Below the pieces are notes generated by a model. It was not told the DNA's origin. It did no database searches and saw only the letters and a program-made list of their open reading frames with translations. DNA of 64,000 nucleotides, taken from NCBI RefSeq assembly GCF_006345805.1, contig NC_042998.1, positions 10,912,001 through 10,976,000 on the forward strand, written 5' to 3'. How positions within the stretch are numbered: the stretch's first letter is position 1; each line of letters starts with the position of its first letter. Made by a program: the position numbers and the translations under genes. The DNA comes from Octopus sinensis (lineage: Eukaryota). Below are positions 1 through 12,837 of the stretch, piece by piece.

Positions 1-103
1 TCAATTGTATCAACCTGCCTACAGCAGACGGGACACATTAATGGCCCGGGTAATTTGCATAAGAGAAATAAACCAATGAGTGAGTGGTGTGTGTGTGTGT
101 GTG

Positions 104-134
<31 letters not shown>

Positions 135-449
135 AGTGTGTGTGTTTGAGTGTATGTACATTTGTTTGACACAATGCAACTGGTAAGGACAAACATACAA
201 AGAAATAAATTAAGTTTTGTGCAAAACGGAAACCTATACTTAAGTTTTTTTCAGAAGAATAAACGGATAAAAGAAGTAAGAGTCCCAAATAATACCATAG
301 TCAATCGCATTATTCACGGTATTTATGACTCAATATGGTCGCCTGCCAATGATTGCAATAATACAAAGAAAACATTCGTATTTTATTTCCTCATATATCT
401 ATGTGTGTGTATGTATATATATATACACATACACACACACACACACATA

Positions 450-480
<31 letters not shown>

Positions 481-881
481 ATATATAATATATATATATA
501 TTATATATATATATATATATATTTATATATGCATACATGCCCATGTTTGCCTGATTGCGTGTATGCATGTGTGTGTTTGTGCACGCTTATAATATATATA
601 TACATACACGGTGTAAATAACTTACAAACTAACTTCTTGAGTTATTGAAATACCTAGAACTGATATACCATTAAAGAAAAAGGAGTTTGATTGTCTGAAG
701 ACAACAGGAACTTCAGGACACACCAGCCATATCAACAAGTTCGTTTGATTGTCGAAAGACAACAGAGTACATGTTTCTACCTCAATAGCCGACATCAACG
801 CATCAATTGTATCAACCTGCCTACAGCAGACGGGACACATTAATGGCCCGGGTAATTTGCATAAGAGAAATAAACCAATGA

Positions 882-938
<57 letters not shown>

Positions 939-1235
939 AGTGTGTGTGTTTGAGTGTATGTACATTTGTTTGACACAATGCAACTGGTAAGGACAAACAT
1001 ACAAAAGAAATAAATTAAGTTTTGTGCAAAACGGAAACCTATACTTAAGTTTTTTTCAGAAGAATAAACGGATAAAAGAAGTAAGAGTCCCAAATAATAC
1101 CATAGTCAATCGCATTATTCACGGTATTTATGACTCAATATGGTCGCCTGCCAATGATTGCAATAATACAAAGAAAACATTCGTATTTTATTTCCTCATA
1201 TATCTATGTGTGTGTATGTATATATATATACACAT

Positions 1236-1305
<70 letters not shown>
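1..1305. repeat. Tandem duplication, period about 802 bp (1..~500 recurs at 803..~1305)
   Basis: tcaattgtatcaacctgcctacagcagacggg occurs at 1 and 803; the copies stay nearly identical through the (TG)n tract until the (TA)n tract near 1300. Confidence 0.9.
705..753 (-). mobile_element. Small mariner transposase fragment
   Basis: caggaacttcaggacacaccagccatatcaacaagttcgtttgattg closely matches 2641-2687 of the mariner remnant (ELVDMTGVSWSSC region). Confidence 0.7.
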
Positions 1306-1309
<4 letters not shown>

Positions 1310-1358
1310 ATGTTATGCATGTATGAAACATACATACATACACAAACACACATATATA

Positions 1359-1767
1359 GGCGCAGGAGTGGCTATGTGGTAAGTAGTTTGTCTACCAACC
1401 ACATGGTTCCGGGTTCAGTCCCACTGCGTGGCATCTTGGGCAAGTGTCTTCTGCTATAGCCTCGGGCCGACCAAAGCCTTGTGAGTGGATTTGGTAGACG
1501 GAAACTGAAAGAAGGCCGTCGTATATATGTATGTATATGTATATATGCGTGTGTGTGTTTGTGTGTGTGTGTTTGTCCCCCTAGCATTGCTTAACAACCG
1601 ATGCTGGTGTGTTCATGTCCCCGTTACTTAGCGGTTCGGCAAAAGAGACCGATAGAATAAGTACTGGGCTTACAAAAGAATAAGTCCCGGGGTCGAGTTG
1701 CTCGATTAAAGGCGGTGCTCCAGCATGGTCGCAGCAAATGACTGAAACAAGTAAAAGAGTAAAGAGT
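1359..1767 (+). mobile_element. tRNA-derived SINE family A (octopus OR-type), full length
   Basis: Head ggcgcaggagtggctatgtggtaag (A box) and ggttccgggttcagtccc (B box), internal (TA)/(TG) microsatellite, gtaaaagag tail; more than 10 copies in the window. Confidence 0.9.
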
Positions 1768-2019
1768 ATGCAGTGGTGGACTGGGCCCCTGCGTCATTTG
1801 AATCCATGTATGGGAGCCTTAGTAGCTAAGGGGCCCATTCCCTCAAGTTTGAGGATTTTTTTTATTCACTCCTGGAAGAAAGCATTAATTATTTCAGCCT
1901 GGCTGTGTTTGTAGACAGGTGAAAAGAATAATTTTAATACGAAAAAAAAATGATACATTGTAGTTACAGGTGCGCCCCTTGTGGTTGCGCGTGGCCCCTC
2001 TTAGTCCCCTGACAACCAG

Positions 2020-2150
2020 TCACTAATGACCACATGGTTTCGGATTCGGTCCCACTATTGGTACCTTAGGCAAGTGTCTTCTGCAACAACCCTAGAACGA
2101 CCAAAACCTCGTGAGTGGATTTGGTAGGGGGAAGCTAAAATCCGCCGTGT
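2020..2150 (+). mobile_element. Degraded SINE family A, 5' part
   Basis: ccacatggtttcgg...ggcaagtgtcttct...gtgagtggatttggtag. Confidence 0.7.
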
Positions 2151-2280
2151 GTATACATACATATGTATTACATATATATACATATATGTGTGTGTATGTG
2201 GGTGTATATGTGTGTACGTGTGTGTATGTGTGTGTGTGTGTGTACGTGTGTGCATGTGTGTGTGTGTGTGTGTGTGTGTA

Positions 2281-3143
2281 CGACGGGGTAACCGAAATTT
2301 TGCAATATTATTTTATTCGCGTAGATTTATAATTTTACACTTTTATCGCTTTCAAAGTAATCTCCATTTGAAGCAATGCATCAGTCCAGATGCGTTTTCC
2401 TCAATTCCAAGCAGTGCAGGAACTCTTGCAAAGTGATGCCCTTTGACGACTCTGTCATTTTTTTTCTTCTTCACCTCTTCCACATCTGCAAATTCCGGAG
2501 CGCCACCTTTCGTCACCAGTGATGACCTTCGAAAAAATACCCGGATCAATCGTAACTGCTTTTCATCTTCCGTGAGCAAGCAAGGCACAAATTTTGCTGT
2601 AACTCTTTTCATTCGCAATTCCTCGTTCCGAATTCGTTGGCAGGAACTCCAGGACACACCAGTCATGTCAACAAGTTCGTCGATTGTTCAGTGATTGTCC
2701 CTAAGATCAGTTCATGAATTTTCGTGATGTTTTCATTCGTTCGGGAGGTCGAAGAACGCCCTGTACGAGGTTGGTTTTCAAGCGACAAGTGACCATTGCT
2801 AAAGCGTGAAGACCACTCGTAAACTTGTGTTTTGCTCATGGCAGCATCCTTGTAAGAAGTTCGAAGCTTGACAACTGCTTCGGCCGCTGTTTCCCCAGCA
2901 GGAAACAGAATTTTATGGAAGCACGCTGTCACTTAGTTTCATCCATCTCAAAAATTGACGAACGGGGGAGAAGCACTGCAAAATAAAGATGCACCACGTG
3001 GAGGTACGGCTTCACTCGACGACGCCGGTCAGCATACTGATGCCTGGGGGTTGCATCAAGTGACTTTTTGCAGCGGAAGCCTGAACAACAACCGGCTTGT
3101 TCCAAAGAGAGCGTTTCCAGTCAGTTTTGGGGATATATCCTCT
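2281..3143 (-). mobile_element. Internally deleted mariner DNA transposon
   Basis: Minus-strand frames give AAEAVVKLRTSYKDAAMSKTQVYEW..PRTGRSSTSRT, GVSWSSCQRI..MKRVTAKFVPCLLT (WVPHEL-equivalent motif) and C-terminal FADVEEVK; DDD core deleted; degenerate ends flanked by TA at 2279-2280 and 3144-3145. Confidence 0.85.
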
Positions 3144-5940
3144 TATATATATATGTATCTCAGTGTGTGCGTATATGTGTGTGCGTGTATGCGCGTGTAA
3201 CTTAGTGATTCGGCAAAGGAAAATAGAATTAGTACTTGAGTCGATTTGCGTGTGTGAGAGTGCGTGTGTATGTATGCGTGTGTTTGCATGTGTGTTCCAA
3301 TGTGTATGTGTGTCTGTGTATGTATGTATTTCTGTAAGCATGTTTGTATGTATGTATGTATGCTTGTATGCATGTATGTAAGCGTCTATATCTGTATAAA
3401 AAAAGTAATCTGTCATGTTAGCTACCTACGCACTTCTGATAACATCTACACTAGCATTACATTCACATGTATTCATGTGTACGTAGAAACATGTATGTAT
3501 GTATATATGTATATATATACATATGTGGGTGTGTGTGGGTATAATCTGTACTATGTTCACCGACACAGATGCAGGCGCAGTGAGCGTGAACAGAAACGCA
3601 CACATACGCAGGCATTTGTAATTTGTATATCACTGGAATTTCCAAGTAGGTTCAGCTTATTTGGGTCAGATTTGTTTAACCTTCCGTTTAAACTGTTCTA
3701 TTTCTAGAACATATTACGTTCATGCGGGTACTCACTGAAAACGCTTTGTGTTTGATCAATGCTTCCCACGTACTTCTGTCGATAAATGGGTTTCCCTTCT
3801 AGCCAGAAAATCACTTTATAGCGTGGGATACTAAATATGGGTGTGGTGTTATTGGAAAGGGTAGAACCGAATTAAGTATCCTGTTAATTTTCTTTTTCAT
3901 TTTATTTTGAGAAGAATTCAGGGAAATTTATTTAAAACATGATATTCATGTAAATCTAATCTAATCTACATAAGGAAGTAAAATATCTTTCGACATCAGC
4001 TGATCGTACTAGAAGTCGAACTGACAATTCCAAGAATTCTGAGATATGTGAATAATCACGATATTCATTGCAAGCACAGAATTAATTTGTGTATTCTAGA
4101 AATATTATAGGAAATGGATCCTCGCTTGGTTTCAACGCTGCGTATTTTACTTAAGGCGCTATCTATTCATTGCATTATTGTTTAAGCATCAGACGATGTC
4201 ACATACAGCTGTGCTTTTAACCCACTTTTAATCCTTTTACTTCAAAACGCAATTCTTAGTCCTTGTAAACCTAACTCAACTCTAAGGCACTATCAAACAG
4301 ACACTGTGTGGCAATATTAGTTCGCTGAATTGCGGTATCCACACACTATCACAAACAATGCCTTGACCAATCTAACTACATAGTGGAATACAAATACACC
4401 CGCCAACAATAGCGCATTATGGATCCAAGTCGGATTGTAATAAAAACTTTTTTTAAATATTCATCTCTGCTTGTAAACATGTATAAAATTTGTGCTATAG
4501 AAATTCACTTTTACATTTGAGGGTATAAATGCTTGTCAGCCTTGAGATATCAGGTTCTATATGCCTATACACCTGTGAAAATACAGGAATATATTCGATT
4601 AAGTCGGTCCATTACATGACTTGTACTTATTTTTAGAAGTTGATTTCTTTCAGGTTAACATGATCAAAGAAGAAAGAAAAATTACAGACGGTTGAATATT
4701 TGAACGGAGGTCTGTAGCTGTGGAGTGAAAACATTTTCGTAGCCGGAAGAGATTCTTACCAAGATGGACATAATAATAGGCTCAGTATCATAAACGAACA
4801 TAACCAAAATAATTTTCAATTGCGACAACAGACAACAAACTGATCACAAACATCTGCACAATAGGAAGTATCAAATAAGAATAGTATGAAAATAAAATGA
4901 AATTGAATAAGAAAAATTGGGTAAACAGTACGAATACAACAACAACAATAATACCACCGACAGTATCTCATATGTGTATCGTATGGAGCTTCTCGGTATG
5001 AGCTTGGTCCAGAAAAGGGATAAATTGTAGAGGACTGCATCTGAAAACAAATGCCTCGACGTTTGAGGAACTGAACCAAGAAAATATGAAGTGGAAAGTA
5101 TCATAACTTTGAAGAGTGAATAATAGGTCATGTTTCCGTATGTCCTTAATAGTAAAGTGAGCTCTGGACAACGCGGGAAAAATGCATGCTCCGAACAGGT
5201 AAGGAGATATGGAAGCCTGCCCTTGGTCTGAGGAGATTGACAGAATTGGTTCAGCATACACTTCTCTCTAAATACAGTGAAAGATACACCTTGCCGACGA
5301 GGTCTAATAATAACGAATTGTCACCAGTGAAAATAATATTTGCCTTGAGCTAATAATATTTTACTTCATTGCACAAGCAGTTTTAATTAACATCTTAAAT
5401 AACAGTGCATTAGATATCTTTGCAACATTGCTATTACTTTTCGTGCGAATGACATCCCCGAATAGTTTCTATTAGTAACTTATTTTTGACATATAGATAT
5501 ATTCAGTATAAATATTAATACTGAACTATTTTTTTTCTAATTTTTCGTCAGCACACTTCTTAAACAAACGGTCACTAACATTGCCACAAAAAAGCGCACA
5601 ATTTCAAAGTCGGTATTGTGGCAGTCGTTTGAACAGTTTTCTATTTCGGGACTGTGATTAAATTTATCGTTGCTCATTAGGTAAAAGTCAGAACGGATTT
5701 CGGTTGTGGATCAGCTGAGAATGCAAAGAGATATATGTAACTTGATATGATACGGTATTCTGCCAGGCGTCTAACCGGCTGAGTTAAACCCTTGCCTACT
5801 CACTTTTGGGCAATCAAATTTAATTCTTACTTTCCCACGGTTAGTTTAAATCCTTCCTTCTATCTCTTCATATATTTCAGTTTTGGATTTGTTTCGTTTC
5901 TTTCAAAGTCAACAACTTTAACCTTCTATCTTGTTCGTTG

Positions 5941-6260
5941 CCACCCTTGGGCAAGTGTCTTCTACAATAGCCTCAGGCCGACCAAAGCCTTGTGAGTGGA
6001 TTTGATAGACGGAAACTGAAATAAGACCGTCATGTATATATGCATGTATATATATATGTTTGTGTGTCTGCGTTTGTCCCTCCACCATCGCTTAACAGTC
6101 GATCTTGGTGTGTTTATGTCCATGTAACTTACCGGTTCGGCAAAAGAACCGATAGAAGAAGTACTAGGCTTACAAAGAATAAGTCTTAGGGTAGATTTCT
6201 TCGACTAAAGGCGGTGGTCCAGCATGGCGGCATTCAAATAACTGAAATAAATAAAAGAAT
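5941..6260 (+). mobile_element. SINE family A, 5'-truncated
   Basis: cttgggcaagtgtcttct...aaggcggtggtccagcatgg...actgaaa tail. Confidence 0.85.
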
Positions 6261-6268
6261 ATATATAT

Positions 6269-6304
<36 letters not shown>

Positions 6305-6995
6305 CTAGCAGTATCGCCCGGCGTTGCTCAGGTTTGTAAGGGAAATAACTATATAAGCATTTTTAGTGAGTTATAGCAAAAAAAATAGCAAAAAATGCAT
6401 TAAAAATGGAATAAAAAATGATGGTATTTTTTTTTTAAATCGTTGACTCATCGTAGACATTTTTAGAGAGTTACTTCCCTTACTTTTATATATAAAGATT
6501 TGTGCAACAACTAAAACATTCGGTTTTGCAAATTGTTTGCACAGGAAACCTGCCCTGTGTGGCGGTTTTTGCCGTTTTTGTGGATCTGTTTCAGCTTTTT
6601 TAGCGATTTCTGTTTTGGCGACTTCAAGCCATGAAGTCGTTGTTCTAAAAGAACGCTGGTCTCCTTGACAACGCATTACGACGTTGATTTCCTTACACTC
6701 CCTTCCCCACAGCTTCACGAGGGAGGGAAGAAAGGGGAGAAGCAACACAGGTGCAGGTGTGAGCGTGGACGCCAACTCCGCCATCAACACACGAAAAAAT
6801 ATGCATTAAAATGGAATAAAAAATTATGCTAAATTATTTTTAAAATCGTAGACTCATCGTAGACGCGCGCTAATACCCAGACGGGCTTGATATGAATCAC
6901 GACTATAAGATACCCGAATTTGGTTAAACTGCACCGCAAAATGTGGGAGTAGTTAGGAATCTAAATCGAAGGGGACAGACACTCACACAACTACA

Positions 6996-7010
<15 letters not shown>
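6305..7010 (-). mobile_element. Non-autonomous Helitron (composite copy with cargo)
   Basis: 3' end CTAG at 6305-6308 preceded on the minus strand by the subterminal hairpin region cccg(a)gcaacgccggg; 5' end merges into (TA)n near 7000; homologous to 12202-12600 and 60182-60695. Confidence 0.85.
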
Positions 7011-7037
<27 letters not shown>

Positions 7038-7059
7038 CACACACACATATATATGTATA

Positions 7060-8170
7060 AAGTGTAAAGGGGAGGACAGGTGAGTTTTACCCGTGGAAAG
7101 AAAAGCCTACGGAAAAGACCACGGTAACCTCGGTCAATGAATTCACATGTTATATTTTTTTTACAAATAAGCAACTCTCTGTATTAATTTTTACGGTTCA
7201 TAGGATCATAGTCAAGTTGGCTTCGTCATTCATACGTGCCATCCTTGCTACATTCACCCATCTTTTTTTAAAACATTCGCTAGACAGAACTTGCCTCTCT
7301 ACTCTCACTTTCCTTTTCAAGTGGTACTTGAAGAAGTTGATGAGAGATTGACCAGAGAGGAAAGTGTTTGTCTCTAATCCTTTCAGGCGCGTCCATCAGA
7401 TACATTCTTTCGCCATAGCCACAAGTATGATAAAAATAGCTCTTCCTTCCCGTTTGAAGGAAGGAGGCGTGACGATGTTAACGATAGACTCGGCTGATAA
7501 ACCGACACGTCCCACACGTGACAGCAGTCGTTCGACATAAGCCCACAGGTCGGAGATTGTTGGACACTGCACGAGTGTGTGCAGAACTGTTTCGTCGCTC
7601 TGACCGCATCTCGGGCAGGTCGGAACCGTGTTTCTCGAGCCATGCCTATAGAGCTTATCCCGAACGGGTAGCGCTTCTCGGTAGCACTGCCAGGTCAGGG
7701 ATCTCTGGAAGTTGTCCATAGGTCCTGGCCCGAAAGCCGTCTCAAACAGGTGGGTCAGGTATTCCTCGTCGACGCCCAGGTTCGCCCCAAGATCGTCGTC
7801 GTACCTCCCCTCCACTAAACTCCTATAGAATGCTTGGGTTGTGTTGAAGTCACTCAAGTTCGACCCGGGACGGCAGAGTTGCTTGAGAGCAACGCGACAC
7901 ACGCGGTGCCATTCGCCCTTCCTCGGCCTCTTTTTGATCCACGACTGCAGTTCTGTCATGGAGACGAGCTGCGGGAAAGCGTGCCTCACAAACGGTGACC
8001 ACACATGTTTACCGTCGTCTACATAGAGCTGGAGATGTCGCAGTCTCAGCGCGTGTCTGCGCATCATCAACCACGGCATGCCCAGCCCTCCTTTTAACGG
8101 GTGTTGACAGCAAATGGATCGCCTGACCATCGGGACGCATCCTTTCCATAAGAAGCGGAAGAGAAAAGGT
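7060..8170 (-). mobile_element. 5'-truncated Tx1/L1-clade non-LTR retrotransposon (ORF2 C-terminus + 3' UTR)
   Basis: ORF 7396..8199 contains FRFLWKG, GGLGMP and the CCHC zf-RVT motif CPRCGQSDETVLHTLVQC; the frame continues past one internal TGA (WTRLKG...) to a stop at 7198-7200. Confidence 0.9.
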
Positions 8171-8171
8171 C

Positions 8172-8750
8172 CAACTGTAGGAGCTTTGATATCTGCCACT
8201 GCGTTGTCCTTGAAATCACTATTTCCCTAGTGAACGTCTGCCCAGCCACTCCAATCATGGCAATCATGGCGACTGTCCAGCAGAAAGCGCAGAGTAGCTG
8301 CGCATGCTGAGTTTAAGTCAGTTGTTTTTGTGCACCGTTATTTTCGGCGTGCTTATGGACAAGATCCACCTACAGACAAAACCATTGTTCGTTGGTTTAA
8401 CTAGTTTAAAGAAACTGGAAATGTAAATATTAAGAAATCTCCAGGCCAGCCACGCACGTCAGAAGAGAATGTGAAGCGTCTGAGACTGTCATGTTTGCGT
8501 AGTTCTAAGAAGTCCTTCACTCGACGCAGTTTGGAACTTCGTATGCCTAAAACAACATTGTAAAATGTGCTGTATAAACACATAACACGGCATGCTTCCA
8601 TAATTCAAATCAGACATAAAATTAAGGATACAGATAGGCCTAAACGCGTTGAATTTGCTGTGACGATGCTGAGAGAAATTGATGACGATGATAGTTATTA
8701 CAGAATTTTATTCAGTGATGAAGCAACATTTCACATAAATGGTTGTTAAC
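8172..8750 (+). mobile_element. Decayed Tc1/mariner-superfamily transposase (maT/DD37D-like), N-terminal half
   Basis: From ATG 8266: MATVQQKAQ..FRRAYGQDPPTDKTIVRWF..FKETG..GQPRTSEENV..RVEFAVTML..ILFSDEATFHING, with stops and a frameshift. Confidence 0.8.
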
Positions 8751-8855
8751 CGATATAACAGTCGGTATAAATAGTATAATACCTGTAATACAGAAACTTA
8801 GTTATTTCATTTTGAAATCACAGAAAACTTTTTTGATGACCCTGTGTGTGTGTGT

Positions 8856-8893
<38 letters not shown>

Positions 8894-8913
8894 TATATAT
8901 ATGTGTGTGTGTT

Positions 8914-8944
<31 letters not shown>

Positions 8945-8977
8945 TATATAAACACACACACATATATATGTGTGTGT

Positions 8978-9277
8978 GGAGTCGCAATGGCCCATGGGTA
9001 GGGTAGCGGACTCGCGGTTGTAGGATCGCGGTTTCGATTCCCAGACCGGGCGTTGTGAGTGTTTATTGAGCGAAAGCACCTAAATCTCCACGAGGCTCCG
9101 GCAAGGGGTGGTGGCGATCCCTGCTGAACTCTGTCGCCACAACTTTCTCTCATTCTTTCTTCTGTTGGCCTGCTCGCTTAGCCAGCGGGGTGGCGTCATT
9201 CGAAGGCTAAAACAATGCGAAGCGCATTGTGACCAGCGATGTGTAGCAACATCTGATAGCCTGGTCGGTCATGGTGA
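8978..9277 (+). mobile_element. tRNA-derived SINE family C
   Basis: Head ggagtcgcaatggccc.tgg.tagggtagcggactc..ggtttcgattcccagacc with A/B boxes; body unrelated to families A and B; sits between (TA)/(TG) repeats. Confidence 0.7.
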
Positions 9278-9325
9278 TATATATATATATAAATATATAT
9301 ATATAAATATATATATATGTATGTA

Positions 9326-9886
<561 letters not shown>

Positions 9887-9888
9887 CG

Positions 9889-10157
9889 TTTACTTGTTTC
9901 AGTATTTAGACTCCGATCACGCTGGGACGTCGTCATAAAGAACTTTAGTCGAACGGATCGACCCTAGTACTTTTTTTTCTAAGCCTAATAATATTCTACC
10001 AGTTTCTTTTAGTTTCTGTTTACCAAATCCATTTACAAGGCTTTGTTCGGCCCGAGGCTATAGTAAAAGATACTTATCCAATGTACCACGCAGTGAATGT
10101 GGTCCAGAACCATGTAATTGGGTAGCGAACGTCTTACCACAAAGCCATGCTTACGCC
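9889..10157 (-). mobile_element. Degraded SINE family A
   Basis: Reverse complement of family A head and tail with internal deletion. Confidence 0.75.
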
Positions 10158-11591
10158 GAAAATAAGCAGTACTATTCGCGAGATGGTACATACGCACACA
10201 CACACGCACTCACAAGCACGCACACACACACACACATACACACACATTTGATTATCACCTTTCACACTCCATTCGGGTACTATGTTTTCATCCACCTGTA
10301 GCCAATTGTCTTCTGAGCATGGCGAGCGCAAACCCCGCTTTGCACTTCAGCGATGTTATAAATTTGACAGTGACACATTTTTGTGTTTGGACCAATTTTG
10401 CAATTCCATTGTTTTAAAAGATTATATTAAAAGGTGGTTTGTTACCTCATAAAGTAATTGGAATTGCCATAATGTGGTCCTTCCATGCTATTCTAAGCTC
10501 GCCTACTTTATAGCAAAAAAAAAAAAATTCTTGTCTTCTAATGTAATTTTTCTTTTTTCTTTCAACCATAAAGAAATGGAAAGTGAACTAATCGCTTCAT
10601 TTCTATTTTTAGAACGTATTATTCAGTGTATGAATAGTGAATAGCAACAGGTTTTTTTGTGAGTCGTAGCTTCCACCTATAAATAAATCACTGCTCACTT
10701 CTGCGCTATTGAGAATCATGTAGGTCACGCATCAACTATACGAATGATTTATGAACCGTGACTAATTTACTGTAAAGTTGAAAAACTAGTAGATGCATTT
10801 CAGAGTAAATGTAAACGTGAATTAAAATATTGAAATATATCCTTTATATTTAAAAGAGGTCTCTCTCTGCCGCTCCTCTCACACAAATGCGTGGCTTTGT
10901 GCCAAAATTAGATATAAAAAGATCGGAGTGGGGACGTCTACCGTTGTCGTTTCACCTGCGGGAGATAATAGAAAATCGTTCTCATGCCACATGTACAATA
11001 CGGCCTTAAAAAAGGGGAAGGACATATTTAACTCAGTAGTATTTCTGATGAACAAAGTGATAGTATGGGATGATCACAGCTGAAATATCTAGGGTTTGCT
11101 TAATCAGATCTGCGCTTAACAACAGCAGATCGGCCCTGAATGTACAGGCATATACAATCAGAAGTATTCCGGTTGTAACAATCCATTCATTTTATTCAGT
11201 ACCGAGCCCCGAAGAGCATGTTATCTAATAGCTCATTTTCTTAAAATAATACATTGAGTCAGGCAGATTTTGCTGGGTTTTTTTTTTTCGACATGTTTAA
11301 CGAACATGTGCAGGTTGTCTCTTTTAACGGAGGGAGTGAAATATAGTCAGTTGCAACTCTGTATTTCTGAGATGAGAAATGTTTATATTATGTATTAGTC
11401 AGAGCGGTGCCTTCATCTTGGTAAATTTATGCATAATATAGTCAGTTGATTCATCTGGTATTCGTTTTATTGGTATTCATTTTATTGATCCCACCCCAGA
11501 TATATGGTAGGCTAAGTTGGTTTGAGTAGGATTTCAGTGAATAAAGACAAAATTAAACACAACAATGTATCAGCAATTTTTTAATATACCC

Positions 11592-11833
11592 TTTACTCTT
11601 TTACTTGTTTTAGTCATTTGACTGCGGCCATGCTGGAGCTCCGCCTTTAGTCGAGCAAATCGACCCCAGGACTTATTCTTTGTAAGCCTAGTACTTATTC
11701 TATCGGTCTCTTTTGCCGAACCGCTAAGTTACGGGGACGTAAACACGCCAACATCGGTTGTCAAGCCATGCTTGAGGGACAAACACAGGCACACAAACAC
11801 ACACGCAGACACCCCCACCCACACACACACATG

Positions 11834-11889
<56 letters not shown>

Positions 11890-12069
11890 CATATATATAT
11901 ACGATGGGCTTCTTTCAGTTTCCGTCTACCAAATCCACTCACAAGGCTTTGGTTGGCCCGAGGCTATAGTAGAGTGACAGTTAGTTGCCCAAGGTACCAC
12001 GTAGTGGGACTGAAACCGGAACCATGTGGTTGGTAAGCAAGCTAGTTACCACACAGCCACTCCTGCGCC
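11592..12069 (-). mobile_element. SINE family A, full length
   Basis: tttactcttttacttg...cagccactcctgcgcc. Confidence 0.92.
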
Positions 12070-12201
12070 TATAATTAAATCGACAATAACAGTAATAACG
12101 ATTTCTTTCATTGGCTATAAAGGACCAAGACATTCAGAACAATATAAAAGGACGAAAAACGAAGCGTACAAAAAGTGAGATTTACATAAATCAAAAGGAA
12201 A

Positions 12202-12600
12202 TCTTTATATATAAAAGTGAAGTTGTGTGTCTGTCTCCTACGATTTAGATTCCTAACTACTCCCACATTTTGCGGTGCAGTTTAACCAAAACCGGGTATC
12301 TTATAGTCGTGATTCATATCGAGCCCTTCTGGGTATTAGCGCGCGTCTACGATGAGTCTACGATTTAAAAAAAAAATTACCATAATTTTTCCATTTTTAA
12401 GGCATTTTTTTCGCTATTATATAAGGGCAGTAACTCTCTAAAAATATCTACGATGAGTCAACGATTTAAAAAAAAAATTTACCATCATTTGTTTTCCATT
12501 TTTAATGTATTTTTTTGCTATTTTTTGGCTATAACTTTCTAAAAATGCTTATATAGTTATTTCCCATACAAACCCGAGCAACGCCGGGCGATACTGCTAG
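12202..12600 (+). mobile_element. Non-autonomous Helitron
   Basis: A|TCtttatatataaaag 5' end, cccgagcaacgccggg subterminal hairpin, CTAG|T 3' end (AT target, no TSD). Confidence 0.9.
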
Positions 12601-12615
12601 TCAACTATATAAATA

Positions 12616-12837
12616 CAAGGATGTGCTAAAAGTTCCTGGCTTTGGGTAAAAGAAAATACAGGAGGATCCATAAATTATGATTTTATTCAACATATTCCCC
12701 TCTCAGATTCACACACTTATTGGTTCTTCAATGGTTCTTCAGTTTTTCTAAGCCCTGTAAAAAAACTCGGAATGTTGGTCCTTCAACCAGGCCTGTTGTG
12801 ACACCTTTAAAGCTAGGAACTTTTCAGCACTATCTCG
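12616..12837. mobile_element. Mariner-derived MITE
   Basis: About 28-bp TIRs caaggatgtgctaaaagttcctggcttt / aaagctaggaacttttcagcactatctcg with TA TSD at 12614-12615 and 12838-12839. Confidence 0.85.

Noticed and set aside
622-996. 124-aa minus-strand ORF with a GTAAGT donor-like end, possible host exon
   Set aside because: Its core (705-753) is a mariner fragment matching 2641-2687 in another frame, and the start lies in a (CA)n tract
1359-1430. tRNA-like sequences at SINE heads (also 8978, 30881, 44198, 56389)
   Set aside because: A/B boxes are present but they run into SINE bodies with no complete cloverleaf; not tRNA genes
4871-5257. Hydrophobic 128-aa ORF suggesting a receptor or channel
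   Set aside because: No recognisable Cys-loop, GPCR or channel motifs; stops follow immediately; hydrophobicity is explained by the T-rich strand
6371-6790. 139-aa ORF (similar ORF at 60226-60489)
   Set aside because: Lies within the Helitron cargo, and the two copies diverge in frame and start; treated as non-coding cargo
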